Shown: in pieces, positions 35,691 through 48,316 of the stretch
Layout of the letters: every line of letters begins with the position of its first letter
Position numbering within the stretch: position 1 is the first letter of the stretch
Source of the DNA: Chiloscyllium plagiosum
Taxonomy: Eukaryota
Reading direction: 5' to 3'
DNA length: 55,340 nucleotides
NCBI RefSeq assembly: GCF_004010195.1
Contig: NC_057734.1
Span: forward strand, 15,369,242-15,424,581
Position numbers and translations under genes: made by a program
Notes under the pieces: generated by a model
Databases searched by the model: none
What the model saw: the letters and a program-made list of their open reading frames with translations, nothing else
Told to the model about the DNA's origin: nothing

Positions 35691-36066
35691 AGAAGTCTCC
35701 TCTAAATGGTGCAGATTTGAGGAGTCTGGGAGTGGAGAGGGGAATGGCTTTGCGGGGGAGTGGGATATCTGTTTTGTCAGTGATGCTGAAATCCTAGTCC
35801 ACAAACAGCATAGAATCACTGCATAGGTACTGGTTGGAGTTCGGTGTGTTCTGCAGCATCTGATTTTTGTGTGCAGTGTTTCTCCAATTGGAAATCAATC
35901 ATTAAGAAGAAGTTTGATTGAATTGGGTGTACAGTAGGTACAGATTAGTTCCCTCAACTCTGTCAATGTCTGGAAAAGCCATTGCATGCTCAAAATGGTC
36001 TGAGAACCAAAACACAGCATCCCCATCACTAACATCCTGTTCATTTCTCAACAGTAATTTGACAAC

Positions 36067-36540
36067 ATGATACTGCAGGTGAAGTTTATGACCGGTGACA
36101 TTGTCCCACTTGAGATCAATCCTTCCATTCAAGTATCAGCTCTCAAGACGTTGATATATGAGAAGACCAAGATACCTGTTTACCAACAGCGTCTGGTGAT
36201 ACAAAATGGGAACACTCAAGAGCTGAAGGACAACAAGAGACTGTCTGACTACTGTGTCCCTCCCAGTAACACTGTCATGCTGATCGTCAAGAATGAGGAG
36301 CGCATGCAGATATTCCTGCAGAATGACAAGGGAAAACTTTCTACATACGATGTTCGTCCCTCTCAGTCTGTTGAGGAGTTTAAAGCACAAGTCCAGCGAC
36401 AGGAACGTGTCCCAATCAATCAGCAGCGCCTGATGTACGATGGGAAACAGCTGGAGGATGGTCGGTTACTCGCTGACTACAATATTCAGCCAGAGAGCAC
36501 CATCTTCCTCTTGCTGCGTTTGCGGGGTGGCACATTGTGA
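36067..36540 (+). CDS. ISG15: ISG15-like di-ubiquitin-like protein, 157 aa, C-terminus LRLRGG-TL (copy B, complete gene)
   Basis: Two UBL domains with the LRLRGG conjugation motif plus a 2-aa extension. Single coding exon behind acceptor tcatttctcaacag| (36054/36055). ISRE-rich promoter and non-coding first exon upstream, the layout known for fish ISG15. Confidence 0.88.
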   Translation: MILQVKFMTGDIVPLEINPSIQVSALKTLIYEKTKIPVYQQRLVIQNGNTQELKDNKRLSDYCVPPSNTVMLIVKNEERMQIFLQNDKGKLSTYDVRPSQSVEEFKAQVQRQERVPINQQRLMYDGKQLEDGRLLADYNIQPESTIFLLLRLRGGTL

Positions 36541-36647
36541 CAGCACTAATACACAATCAGTGGGAGATGTTCCTCAAAACTGTTATCAAAATTTACTGCT
36601 GTATTCCCCCACTTGTACAATTCCTATGCGGTTAGGGATCACAGTTA

Positions 36648-36775
36648 AGATTAGATTAGATTCATTCTAGTGTGGAAACAGGCCCTACGGCCCAACAAGT
36701 CCTCACCGACCCTCCGAAGAGTAACCCACCCAGACCCATTTCTCTATGAATGTTGCACCTAACACTATGGGCAAG
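36648..36775 (-). mobile_element. SINE 3' fragment in the 3' UTR of copy B (absent from copy C)
   Basis: agattagattagatt...gtggaaacaggccc...aacactatgggcaa. Confidence 0.8.
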
Positions 36776-36947
36776 TAAATGGCCTTTGGCTATCACTCTT
36801 AGTTTTATCATAGATAGAAGGGGCTAGCCATGCCCATATTCCTGATGTGTACATACAGGCCTTAGCCAGCACTTGCAAACAGCAAGAGATACGTCAGGAG
36901 AGGGAGGGGAAAAAGAATGTGAAATGGGAACTGACTTTTTTTTATTG

Positions 36948-36953
36948 AATAAA
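36948..36953 (+). promoter_or_regulatory. Poly(A) signal AATAAA of ISG15-like copy B
   Basis: Conserved at the equivalent position of copy C (49221-49226). Confidence 0.6.
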
Positions 36954-38959
36954 TGTTATCAAGGGCTACTGAACCTTTTTCCTTTGGACCTGGATTCAGA
37001 TAAAACTCAACTTCCCTCAGTCTGCAGTTTGTGGGGAACCTGGTTGAAATAACTGGGGTCAGTAACTCACAACATATACATTCTTGCAGCATGAAATTGA
37101 TTGTTTTCTGCTTCTAATTGGCAGCACCAGTGAGCTATGCCTCAGGATGGTTGATATACGAATGGAGAAACTTACCTGTAATAACTGTATAGAATGGATG
37201 GGGGAAATGATGATCAAAGTATCCTTTAGTTAAGAATGATTTAAAATATTCAATACATATTTTCTGACATCTTACTTTACTTGAGAAGCCATGTATGTAT
37301 TATAAATGCTTTTTTTGGAAGACTCATCTTTTCCATAACAGGATATTTATTGCCTGGACTGTGCATTTTGTCAAGGCATATGATGTGAGTTGAAAATCAA
37401 GCTGTTTCTTTGGATTCAAGTTTAAATGTTAAATATTGCTTCTGCTCCTTCATGATCTGTAAGTGAGAATTATCTGGGAATCCACATTTGGTACATCAGA
37501 TCTCCAAATACAAAACTATTTCCAGATGATTTGTCAAACCAAGTATTTTTAAATGAACAACAGGAATGTGCACTGAGCTCATGAGGTACCAGAATGAGAT
37601 ACATCTCACTGCAAAGTGCATCTCCAGACTTTTCTTTTGCAATGTTCTGTTTGTAAAAGGATGTATTCCAGGTTATCCCTCTTTCAGGATTGATGTGTAT
37701 GAAAAGAGAATTCTTCAGATATGTACAAATTCTAGCTGATTGTACCTGATTGAATACAGTACTTTCATGTAATTTGTATGTTAATAGTGATTGTAATGTT
37801 TATACCTTTCACTGACAATAAAATTTGTCTTTTTGTTTAGACAACATGAAATGTTGTAATATAATTCTGTCGGTTAACATGAGATGTGTCAATCGCTTCT
37901 CCAATGATAATAATCCAGAACTGAATTATAACATAATTACAAGGAACAGTTTGGGATTTTACATTAAAGCACTTTTAAACATGTTGTTTAACTTTCTTGT
38001 TCCAAATGAAGATAAACAACAATTAAAACATCTTTCCAACAGAATCTGCAGTAGTGAAACAGTTTGAGGCTGTTGTACCAAGTGAAATGTCCATAATGGT
38101 AAAGAGCTGGATGGCAGCTTGTCTGGAATTCTCACAGTCAACCCCTTGTTACAATATTACCCCATGTATAAATTACTCTAGGGGACTAACCACATACAGC
38201 CCTCATCTACAGTCCTGGCATCTAATACCTCCCAGCTGCTCAGAACTGTCATAGCACCTTTCTGACCCTTGCAGGATTTCAGTGCAGCATTTTGGGATGC
38301 ACTGGACTACCACTGAAATACTGCAAGGACACTTTGCATTTGGAGATAGGCACCCAGCACACGAACTGGACCAGGTTGAATCTCAGGATGTCAGCCTTCT
38401 CTCTTCGCCCTCTCTCACTTTGAGTCTGCCTTGATGCTCATAGGAGTCCTACACAAACTGGCCTCTTGTGTTTTTACTTTTGCCCCTGCACCACAGCTAC
38501 AAGATTCATGATACTCTAACCCTGCATCAGTAGAGAAGGTCACAGATATTCTTCCTACACAGCTGCGCATCCCTTCAGATGGCTGAGACTGCACTGAGCT
38601 GATTGGCAAACCAAGCTGAGACAGGCAGGGTCTCTGTGATGACCTCCATGACCAGCCCTGGCGTGGGTTAGAAAATAATCCTTCTTTGCATCAGCCCAAC
38701 AGTGAGGACCTCCTGCTCCCTGTGCACAAAGCAAGGTATGAATTTCCCCCCCCACTGCAATGTCTGGACAAAACACCAGTCACCACACAGGGCAGATACA
38801 CACTTACGGTGTTTGCATGGGTACACAGTAATCTTTTAAAGGTGGCACTGGTGCCAGACAAGATGGTCTATTCTGGAATATCCCAGTAGTGGTGAGTTCT
38901 TTCAGGTACAGCAAGTGGTTGCACCAAGCTAGCTAGCAGGACAGTGTCACCATTGTGTT

Positions 38960-41815
38960 GGGTGGGCAGTTAATGAGGTGAGTTTGAGACATTATGGTGA
39001 GAAATCCCAAATGAGGACGAAAATAACTCAGAAGATAGAAAAGGCATGTATGGAGAGCACTGTTATAATAAGCATGGAGGACTTCAATATGCAGGTGGAC
39101 TGAGAAAATTAGATTGGGAGTGAAATGCAAGAAAAGGACTTTGTGGAATGTCTACGAGATGGCTTTTTGGAGCAGTTTGTGTTGGAGCCTATGAGGGAAC
39201 AGGCCATACTGGATTTAGTGTTGTGGAATAAGGGAGACTTTAAGCAGGCTTAAGGTGAATTTACTCTGCAATTTGAGAGGAAGAAGATAGAATCAGAGGT
39301 AATGGTATTACAGCTGAATAAAGGCAACTACAGAGACATGAGGGAGGCACTGGATAGAGTTGACTGGGAGAAGAGCCTAGCAGGAAAGACAGTGGAACAA
39401 TAATAGCAGGGCTAACTGGGAGTAATTCAGGAGACACAGCAGAGATTCATTCTGAGGAGAAAGATACGTGGTACAGGGAGGATGAGGCAACCACGGCTGA
39501 CTAGGGAAATCAGGGATAGCATAAAATCAAATGAGAAAACATAAAACGTGTTGAAGAGCAGTGGGAAACCAAAGCATTGGGAAGCTTACAAAGACCAACA
39601 GAGGGCAACAAAAAAAGAAATAAGGAGTAAGAAGATTAAATATGAGAATAACCTAGCCAGGAATATCAAGGAAGACTGTAAGAGTTTCTTTAGATATAAA
39701 GGGCAAAAATGAGGCAAAAGTGGACATTTGGCTACAGGAAAATGATGCTGGAGTGACAGTAGTGTGGGAACAAGAAAATGGCTGAGGAACTGAATAATTA
39801 CTTGGTGTCAGTCTTCACAGTGGAAAACACGGGTAATATCCCAAAAAGTTAAGAGAGTGAGGGGGCAGAGCTGAGTATGGTGGCCATCTTCAAGGAGAAG
39901 GTGCAAGAAAAGCTGAATTGCCTGAAGGTGGATTAATGACCTGGACCAGATAGATTATACCCCAGAGTTGGAAGGTAGATAGAGTCATAGTCATAGAGTC
40001 ATAGAGATGTACAGCATGGAAACAGACCCTTCGGAGGTGTTAATGATGATCTTTTAGGAATCACTAGAGCCAGGAAGGGTCACAGAGAACTGGAAAATTG
40101 CCAATGTGACACCCTTGTTTAAAAAGGGAGTAAGGCAAAAAATGGAAAATTACAGATCAATTAGCCTAAACCTGGTTGTGGGTAAGATCCTGGAATATAT
40201 TGTGAAGGATGAGATTTCTGAATATTTGGAAGTGTATGATAAAATAGGACAAAGTCAGCATGGTTTCACCCAGGGAAGGTCATGCCTGACAAATCTGCTG
40301 CAATTGTTTGAGGAAGTAATGGCACGGTGGCTCAGTGGTTAGCACTGCTGCCTCACAGCGCCAGGGGCACAGGTTCAATTCCCGCTTTGGGCAACTGTCT
40401 GTGTGGAGTTTGCACATTCTCCCCATCTCTGGGCGCTCTGGTTTCCTCCCACAGTCTAAAGATGTGCAGGTTAGGTGAATTGGCCATGCTAAATTGTCCA
40501 TAGTGTTAGGTGTAGGGGAATGGGTCTGGGTGGGTTGCTGTTCGGAGGGTCGGTGTGGACTTGTTGGGCTGAAGGGCCTGTTTCCACACTGTAGGAAATC
40601 TAATCTAACAAGCAAGTTGGACCAAGGAGAACCAATGGATGTCACCTACCTGGACTTCAACAAGGCCTTTGACAAGGTGCCACACACGAGGCTGCTGAGT
40701 AAGGTAAGGGCTCATGGTGTTACAGGGAAGGTCTTGGCATGGATAGAAGCTTGGCTGTCTGGCAGAAAACGGAGTGTGGGGATAAATGAATCCTTCTCAG
40801 AATGGCAGCCAGTGACAAGTGGTGTTCCGCAAGACTCAATGTTGGGATCACAACTTTTCACTTTATACATTAACAATCTAGATGAAGGAACTGAGGGCAG
40901 TCTGGTTAAGTTTTCAGATGGTACAAAGACAGGTAGAGGGACAATTAGCTTTGAGGAGGCAGGGAGGCTGCTGTAGGATTTGGATAGGTTAGGAGAGTGG
41001 GCAAAGAAGTGGCAGATGGAATACAATGTGGGAAAGTGTGAGATCATGCACTTTGGTAGGAAGAATAGAGGCATGGACTATTTTCTAAATGGGGAGAAAA
41101 TTCAAAAGTCTGAAGCGCAAAGAGACTTGAGAGTTCTAGTCCAGGATTCTCTCAAGATAAACTTGCAGGTTGGGTTTGTATTTAGGAAGGCAAATACAGT
41201 GATTGCATTCATTTTGAGAGGACTTGAATATAAAAGCAGGGTTGTACTTCTGAGGTTCTATGAGGCTCTGCTCAGACCACATTTGGAGTATCGTACCCAG
41301 CTTTGGGCCCCATATCTCAGGAAGGGTGTACTGGCCTTGGAGCGTGTTCAGAGCAAGTTCATGAGAATGGTCCCAGGAATGAAAAGCTTTCACATATGAG
41401 CAACATTTGAGGACTATGGGTCTTTACTCAGTGCAGTTTAGAAGGATGAGAGGGGATCTTATTGAGGCATACAGAATACTGAATGGTCTGGACAGAGTAG
41501 ATGTTGGGAAGATGTTTCATTGGTAGGAGAGACTAGGACCGAGTGCATAGTCTTAGAGTAAAGGGAAGACCTTATAGATCAGAGATAAGGAGAAACATCT
41601 TCAGCCAGTGAGTGGCGAATCTATGGAATTCATTGTCACATAAGGCTGTGGAAGCAAGATCTTTGACTATATTTCAGATGGAGATGGATAGGTTTTTGAG
41701 TATCAAGGGGATCAAGGATTATGGGAAGAAAGTGGGAGAATGGGGTTGAGAAACATGTCAGCATTGATTGAATGGTGGAGCAGACGCGATAGGCTGAATG
41801 CCCTAATTTCTGCTC
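38960..41815 (+). mobile_element. Decayed CR1 ORF2 (APE-RT) with nested SINE
   Basis: TPLFKKG..NYRSISL..QHGF; LDFNKAFDKVPH; VPQDSMLG; RPHLEY. Confidence 0.88.
40320..40607 (+). mobile_element. HE1-like V-SINE
   Basis: ggcacggtggctcagtggttagc...ggttcaattccc, V-domain, tail. Confidence 0.88.
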
Positions 41816-41816
41816 A

Positions 41817-42133
41817 TAGAATCCCTACATTGTGGAAACAGGCCATTAGACCCAACAAGTCCACACTTACCTTTCAAAGAGTATCCCACTTAGACCTATT
41901 CCCCTACCATATTACTCTACATTTCTCATGACTAATGCACCTAACCTACACATCCCTGAAAACTATGGGAAATTTAACATGGTCAATTCACCTAACTGCA
42001 CATCTTTGGAGTCTGGGAGGAAACCCATGCAGACTTGGTGAGAATGTGCAAACTTCACAGCAACAAGGCTGGAATCGAACCCGGGGTCCCTGGCGTGAGA
42101 CAGCAGTGCTAACCAGTGAGCCACCATGCCACC
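41817..42133 (-). mobile_element. HE1-like V-SINE (diverged)
   Basis: tgtggaaacaggcc...cagtgctaaccagtgagccacc. Confidence 0.75.
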
Positions 42134-42179
42134 CTGTCTTATTGGCTTACCACGTCATCTTATGGTCTTATGGTGTTAT

Positions 42180-43910
42180 AGGAGGCAGAGAGTGGGAATA
42201 AAGGCATCTTTTTCAGGATGGCAGTTGGTGACTAGAGGAGGTCTGCAGGGATCAGTGTTGGGAAATCGACTATTCATGTCAAACATTAATGATCTGGATG
42301 AATGAACTGACAGCATTGTTCTAAGTCTGCAGGTCACACAAAGATATTGGGAGCATCAGGTAGTATTGAGGAATTGTGGAGGCTAGCAGAAGTATTGGAC
42401 AGGCTTGGAGAATGGGCAAAGAAGAGGCAGATGGAGTACAATGTGAGAATGTGAGTTGTTATGCACCTTGATAGGAAGAATAAAGGCATAGACTAAATGG
42501 GGAAAAGCTTCAGAAATGTGGGAGAGCTAGTTCATGAATCTTAAGGCAGATTTAGTTGGAGGTTAAGAAGGCAAAAGCAATGTAGTCATGCATTTCAAGA
42601 GAGCTGGAATACAAGAGCAGAGGTGTACTGCTGAGACCATATCAGACCCTGGTCAGATCGCATTTGGAATATTGTGAGCAATTTTGGGGCCAGTATATAA
42701 GGAAAGATGTGTTGGCATTGGGGGGAGTATAGAGGAGATTTACAAGAGTTATTCTCATGGAGAAAATGTAGAGAGACACAGAGAGTTCTTCAAGAAGTAG
42801 GCCTTTTATTTGCAAACAAAAAACCGTGACACTGAGAAAGCAGATTCTCGAATGTCCCTGAACCTCTGCGCCCATGGTTTTTAATTTTTTTTATCATGTT
42901 TCTGTTAGCTTATCAGCATGTATTAAACAAAGTACCTCACTCTAGCTACACAATAAACCAGTGATGTTAATTCCCATTATCTATTTAGTTGTCCCACTAT
43001 AGTTTTTTCCTCCATTCTATTTCATGTTATTCTAATGTCACAGTTAGATATTCAGTGTCAGCTTTTGCAAAAATGGCCTTTCATTCTAGACCCTACTTAA
43101 TATTTTCCTAATGTCATGATTAGATACTTATTGTCAATAGTCTCAAGCAGGTTGACTCTACTAACAATTAATTAGATATTAAACATCATGTCCCAAATAT
43201 TTATGGTCCCAACCTTGTCATAATAATACTCAACAGGTGAGGCTAACTTTACTAGGTGTATTATCTCATCTTGCCACAGTGACCTTTCAGCCTCAATGTT
43301 ACTCTGCTAATTGGTATAAGAGCATTCCACTATTCTTATCCCATCCTGCACTCCACAGACCCCTTGCAACACGTCACCAATGATGTTCATGCTTAACCCT
43401 TCCCATGCTTTCATGCTCTTTATTTTACATATTATCCAGTGGATAAATGGCTTATCATGAAATAAGCATTTGTCGACTCTGGGTGTGCATGAGTTGGATT
43501 TAAGAGGGATGTAGATGATGTGATTGAAACTTACAGAATACTGACGGGCCTAGATAGAGTGGATGTTGAAAGGATGTTTCTACAATAGGAGAGACAAGGA
43601 TATTGAGGTGCAGCCTCAGAATGAAGGGACAACCCTTTAGAACTAAGATGACGAGGAAATTCTTCAGCTAGAGGATGATTAATCTGAGGAACCCATTGCA
43701 ACAAAAAGCTGCGGGGTTCATGTCATTGAATGTATTTAAGGCAGAGAGAGAGATGGATTTTGATTGGTAAAGGTATCACAGGTTATGAGGTGAAGGCTGG
43801 TGATTGGGGTTGAGAAAAATATCAGCTGTGATTGAATGACGGAGCAGACTTGATAGGCTGACTGGCCTAATTCCTCTCCTCTATCGTATGGCCTTATGAT
43901 GTATGGGTCT
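42180..43910 (+). mobile_element. Decayed CR1 RT 3' part, interrupted by an unidentified ~0.7-kb insert (~42765-43490)
   Basis: HLEYCEQFW-like segment at 42660; resumes with CR1 3' end at ~43495. Confidence 0.7.
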
Positions 43911-45242
43911 TGCAGAGAGAAGCTTACCATGAAATGTGACAAATTGACACAGCCAATATATGTCAACGTGCAGCCCAATATTTATGTGCAGCCAATTTAT
44001 TGCAAGACCTCCATATAGATATAGAATCTGTACATTCACATACCTGCATTAGAACTAAATGTAGTCTCTGGGCTTGAGGGATTACCAAGAATAAACATAT
44101 TTCTCTGCTGTACCTCGTCGGAATTTCAAAATTTGGACTTTGCTTTCATGTGGGAGAGAAACTCAAAACAATTAAGCATAAGTATAAAGGATTCTCAGGT
44201 ACCATTAGCACACTTTCTTTACTGTTTCCATGGTGACACTCTTCTGAGGGACAGATCATGTTATGTGTAGATGTGTCTCTGAAGTGATTTGTAACTGCCC
44301 ATCACACTTCACAACCCAATAAGGAAGACCTCAGCTGTGCTGTGAGCGCTCCAAGGATCTGCAGTCCATCATGACGAACCCTTGCTGCCCACAAAGTTAG
44401 TGAATGATCATTATTTAATTTATATTTTCTAATCAATCTTTCAGAGATATCATTACTGATCTCTGGAGCAGATGGAATTTGCATCAAAGAGTGGGGAGGA
44501 CTAGGCAGGAGAACGGTCTGGCCGCTGGGGAGGGGTGCAGGGGAGGGGAAGGACCATTTGGGAGGGGGTTATGTGGAATATCGAGTGGAGACAATGGAAA
44601 GGATGGGATGAGGATGGAAATGGAACAACGGTCAGGGATTGGGGCACAAGGGGAGCATGAGAGAACCCCCCCCTCATGACCTGTCCCCCACCCCCATGTT
44701 CCGATCCACCCTACCCTCGATCCTGCCCACCTGATTCCCCACACTGACCTATCTTCTATCTCTGCCTGAGCTTTCCACACTCCACAAATACCTAACCAAT
44801 CCTGGAGGTCTTTTCTGCCGCCACACCCTGATTCAATATTGTGCCTGATCTGTGCAATAATCCTTTGTTGAGCAATTAAGAAATTTTACAAAAGATAACT
44901 CAACTGGTTCTGTTAATCAAAACTATGAAAATGTTTAAAAATAATTGCCTTTTGTTTAAATGTTGCGTTCACATAGACTGTTTAAAACACTATTTTGAAA
45001 ATCAGAAAGTTCAAAGGGACATTTTGCTTTTTCAAACACCTGTCTGCATAAACCTATGTGGGACATGGAAATTACTGAGTTAGAGGCCTGTGACAATTCA
45101 GAGTACCAGTGATGGAGCTGGCAGTATAGTGATTGTAACAAGGTCGGCCAGATAGACCTGACAGAGAACATGAGTTCTCTGATTGGGGTTGTTAACCTGC
45201 TCCAATCAGGGAGCCCTGGCTGATAGATATAAACAGGCAGGT

Positions 45243-45420
45243 GGAAATTGAATAAAGATTGGTGCACTTTGTGTCTTTCACTGTGTCTCACACCTGCACA
45301 CACACACCATGGGTGCTGGGGATAAAATAAGCACTACCGCACTTAGGCGGTAGTGTGGGGGTTAAAATAAAAAGAAAAAAAAAGAAAAAAAAAGAAAAAA
45401 AGAAAAAAAGAGGAAAAAAA
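45243..45420 (+). mobile_element. Short poly(A)-tailed retroposed insert with terminal stem-loop
   Basis: Imperfect TSD aaacaggcaggt/aaacgggcaggt; hairpin CACTACCGC-acttag-GCGGTAGTG at 45332-45355; A-rich tail 45364-45421. Confidence 0.6.
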
Positions 45421-46564
45421 ACGGGCAGGTCAGAAGTTCTGTTCACTTTCACAGGTGGCTCTGAGGAAGCCGGAAGCCGTACTAATGTCAAGTACTAGAT
45501 TATTTCTTATAGACATTTCCTTCAGGATCTGGGATGGCAGTTGCTGATGATCTGTGTACTCGAGTCTGCAAAAGAAGCCCACTAGACCTAAATTGAGTAA
45601 GAGAACTCCAGGAGAATGCTCACTCTGGAAAATCCATCCACATCTGGTTCAGACCAGTTAAATTGGTCAGCACCGTCCAAGTCAGAACCAATCAAAATAA
45701 ATGCTGGCTAAATTGTCACCTGGTTCTAATTGATGTTGATACTACTGCGGCTGTATCAGTGATTGCAGAACCAGTCTTTAACAAAATTTGTTCTGCATTC
45801 CAAACCTTAAATTTGTGTAAGACTTCAACCAGATGATAACCTATACTGAGGAATCTTTACATATTAAGGGGACAACTTTAGTCTGGTCTCACATGAGTAG
45901 CAGCTGGTCCAGTTGCCACTGATTGTGGTAAAGATTCAGGCTCAAGCTTAATGGGATGAAATTGGTTAAGAAAGTTTGCCGAGATTTTAGATTAGAAAGT
46001 GGCTGCCTGAGTGAAGTCTCAAATAAATACCTGGAGGTTTTCCCGGAAGGTCGAGGAACTATTAAAGGAGCCAAGGCCAACTTGCATGTTGACCAGGAAG
46101 CAATTCCATGATTCAGCAGGGCCCTCCCAGTACCATTTGCGTTACATGCAAAATTAGAGGCAGCAATGAAGTGACTAGAAAGTGATGGAATCATCAAACC
46201 AGTAATTTCCAGAATGGTCAGCTCAGAACATACTGATAGTGAAGCTTAACAGGCCAGTTCCCTTCTGTGGGGATTTTAAACAAACTGCCAACTGAATAAA
46301 TACCCAATCCCATACATAGAGGACCTCTCTGCAAAGCTGGAAGTGGGATGAAGTTGGATATGGCCATGCATACCTGCAATTGCGGCTAGATGAGGAGTCC
46401 CAGAAATATGCTCCAATTAATACATGTAAGAGTTTGTACCAATATTCAAGGTCGCCATTTGAGGTATCATCAATCTGTGCCATTTTTCCACGGATGATGA
46501 AAAACATTTTGCAAAACTACTCCAGGTCATCATTTATTTAGATGACAGGCTAATAACAGGGAAG

Positions 46565-46790
46565 CGCTTAAAATGTGTTGCTGGAAAAGCGCAGCAGGTC
46601 AGGCAGCATCCAGGGAACAGGAGAATTGACGTTTCGGGCATAAGCCCTTCTTCGGATTCATTCCTGAAGAAGGGCTTATGCCCGAAACGTCGATTCTCCT
46701 GTTCCCTGGATGCTGCCTGACCTGCTGCGCTTTTTCAGCAACACATTTTCAGCTCTGATCTCCAGCATCTGCAGACCTCACTTTCTTCTC
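46565..46790. mobile_element. Palindromic Penelope-derived insert (84-bp inverted arms 46570-46653 and 46666-46749)
   Basis: 15-bp TSD ctaataacagggaag at 46550-46564 and 46791-46805. Confidence 0.85.
46660..46702 (+). ncRNA. Minimal hammerhead ribozyme motif (Penelope type), core intact
   Basis: CUGAAGA-A-GGGC-UUAU-GCCC-GAAAC-GUCGAUUC: CUGANGA and GAAA boxes with a 4-bp stem II. Confidence 0.6.
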
Positions 46791-48316
46791 CTAATAACAG
46801 GGAAGACCAATAAAGAGAATTTCAAGAACTTGGACATAGTCCTCAGACATTTCTCAAAGACAGGCACCCAGGTATTGAACATTTATGGTATTAAATGGCA
46901 ACAGATTCATTGCACCCCTGGCCTAATTCCTAAAGTTATGGAATTGGAAGCTACAGGGATAGTGGGTGCACTGGTGGACTCTTCAAGAATTTCCTAGAAT
47001 CTCTGCTGAAAATTACCAAACACTTCCAGTGGCACAGTTATAATGGAATGTCTCTCTAATTCAGGCAGATCAGTCAATGAGGTACATCTCAGCAAAAGTG
47101 TCCATCTTAACTTTTAAAACGAGAGCCCAATTCTCCTGCCCTTTACAGTGAGGCCCAGGTTTGTAATTCAGCTTTGTAACCACCCTCACAAACACTTCAG
47201 AATAGAAACTGCTTGTAATGATATCGGGAAACTGTCACATCAACTAAAAATCTATGAAGCAGCAGCTCATTTCACTCCTTGAAGTCACTCCACAGTTCAC
47301 TACGTCCAGCTCAAAGACACCTTCCTCCACTCTCTGTATCCCACAGAAACCAACTCCTGACACTCAAACCAAAAACTCTCTCTTGAAAAAAGAATAAAAG
47401 TGTATAACAAAGGTCCCAGCCGCAATGTGGAGATGCTGTTGTAGCACCAGACTCTGTACTGTCACCTCTTCCCTGTTTATTTATCGTTGGGTTACCATAG
47501 GAAAGATGAAATAAAGAAAGTGCTTTTCCACACAGGGTCTGACTCAGAACAGCTGAGTGGCCCGAGAAAAGTTCACAGAAAATGTTTGCTAACTTCCATC
47601 TCAAACAGTTTAATATTCACAAGGTATGTGGCACCATGTTTAAATGAATGCAATTCCAAAGGCTTCATTAGATATATAAAGGTAGTGCAATTCCATCTAG
47701 TTCTGTTCCTGTGAAAATGAAGATTGTTTTAGAGAGGAAATCTGGGGTCGAGATGAAATAATTAGCAGCAAACATTGTTCAAATTGAGTATGTACAGTAA
47801 CCCCAGCATCAAATCACCCTGAGTCACTGCTCAGTGTAAAGGGTTAAATGTAGGAGAATGGTTCTGGGTGGGTTACGCTTCGGCGGGTCGGTATGGACTT
47901 GTTGGGCCAAAGGGCCTGTTTCCACACTGTAAGTAATCTAAGAAGTCTCCTCTAAATGGTGCAGATTTGAGGAGTCTGGGAGTGGAGAGGGGAATGGCTT
48001 TGCGGGGGAGTGGGATATCTGTTTTGTCAGTGATGCTGAAATCCTAGTCCACAAACAGCATAGAATCACTCCATAGGTACTGGCTGGAGTTTGGTGTGTT
48101 CTGCAGCATCTGATTTTTGTGTGCAGTGTTTCTCCAATTGGAAATCAATCATTAAGAAGAAGTTTGATTGAATTGGGTGTACAGTAGGTACAGATTAGTT
48201 CCCTCAACTCTGTCAATGTCTGGAAAAGCCATTGCATGCTCAAAATGGTCTGAGAACCAAAACACAGCATCCCCATCACTAACATCCTGTTCATTTCTCA
48301 ACAGCAATTTGACAAC

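Larger units (their letters stand above)
45130..46870 (+). mobile_element. Highly decayed Ty3/Gypsy fragment (LTR-like start, protease, RT)
   Basis: Protease-like DVDTTAAVSV ~45732; PVPFAL..KLE, GIIKPV, YPIP.IEDL, HAYLQL.LDEESQKY, YLDD at ~46534. Confidence 0.72.

Noticed and set aside
36067-36540. Polyubiquitin, NEDD8 or FAT10/UBD call
   Set aside because: Domains are too diverged from ubiquitin, and there is no GG after the first domain. LRLRGG, ISREs and a 5' UTR intron favour ISG15, though orthology needs a tree.
40320-40390. tRNA genes at SINE heads (also weak tRNA-like remnants near 15700, 32650 and 35180)
   Set aside because: A/B boxes run straight into SINE body or decayed sequence; no complete cloverleaf.
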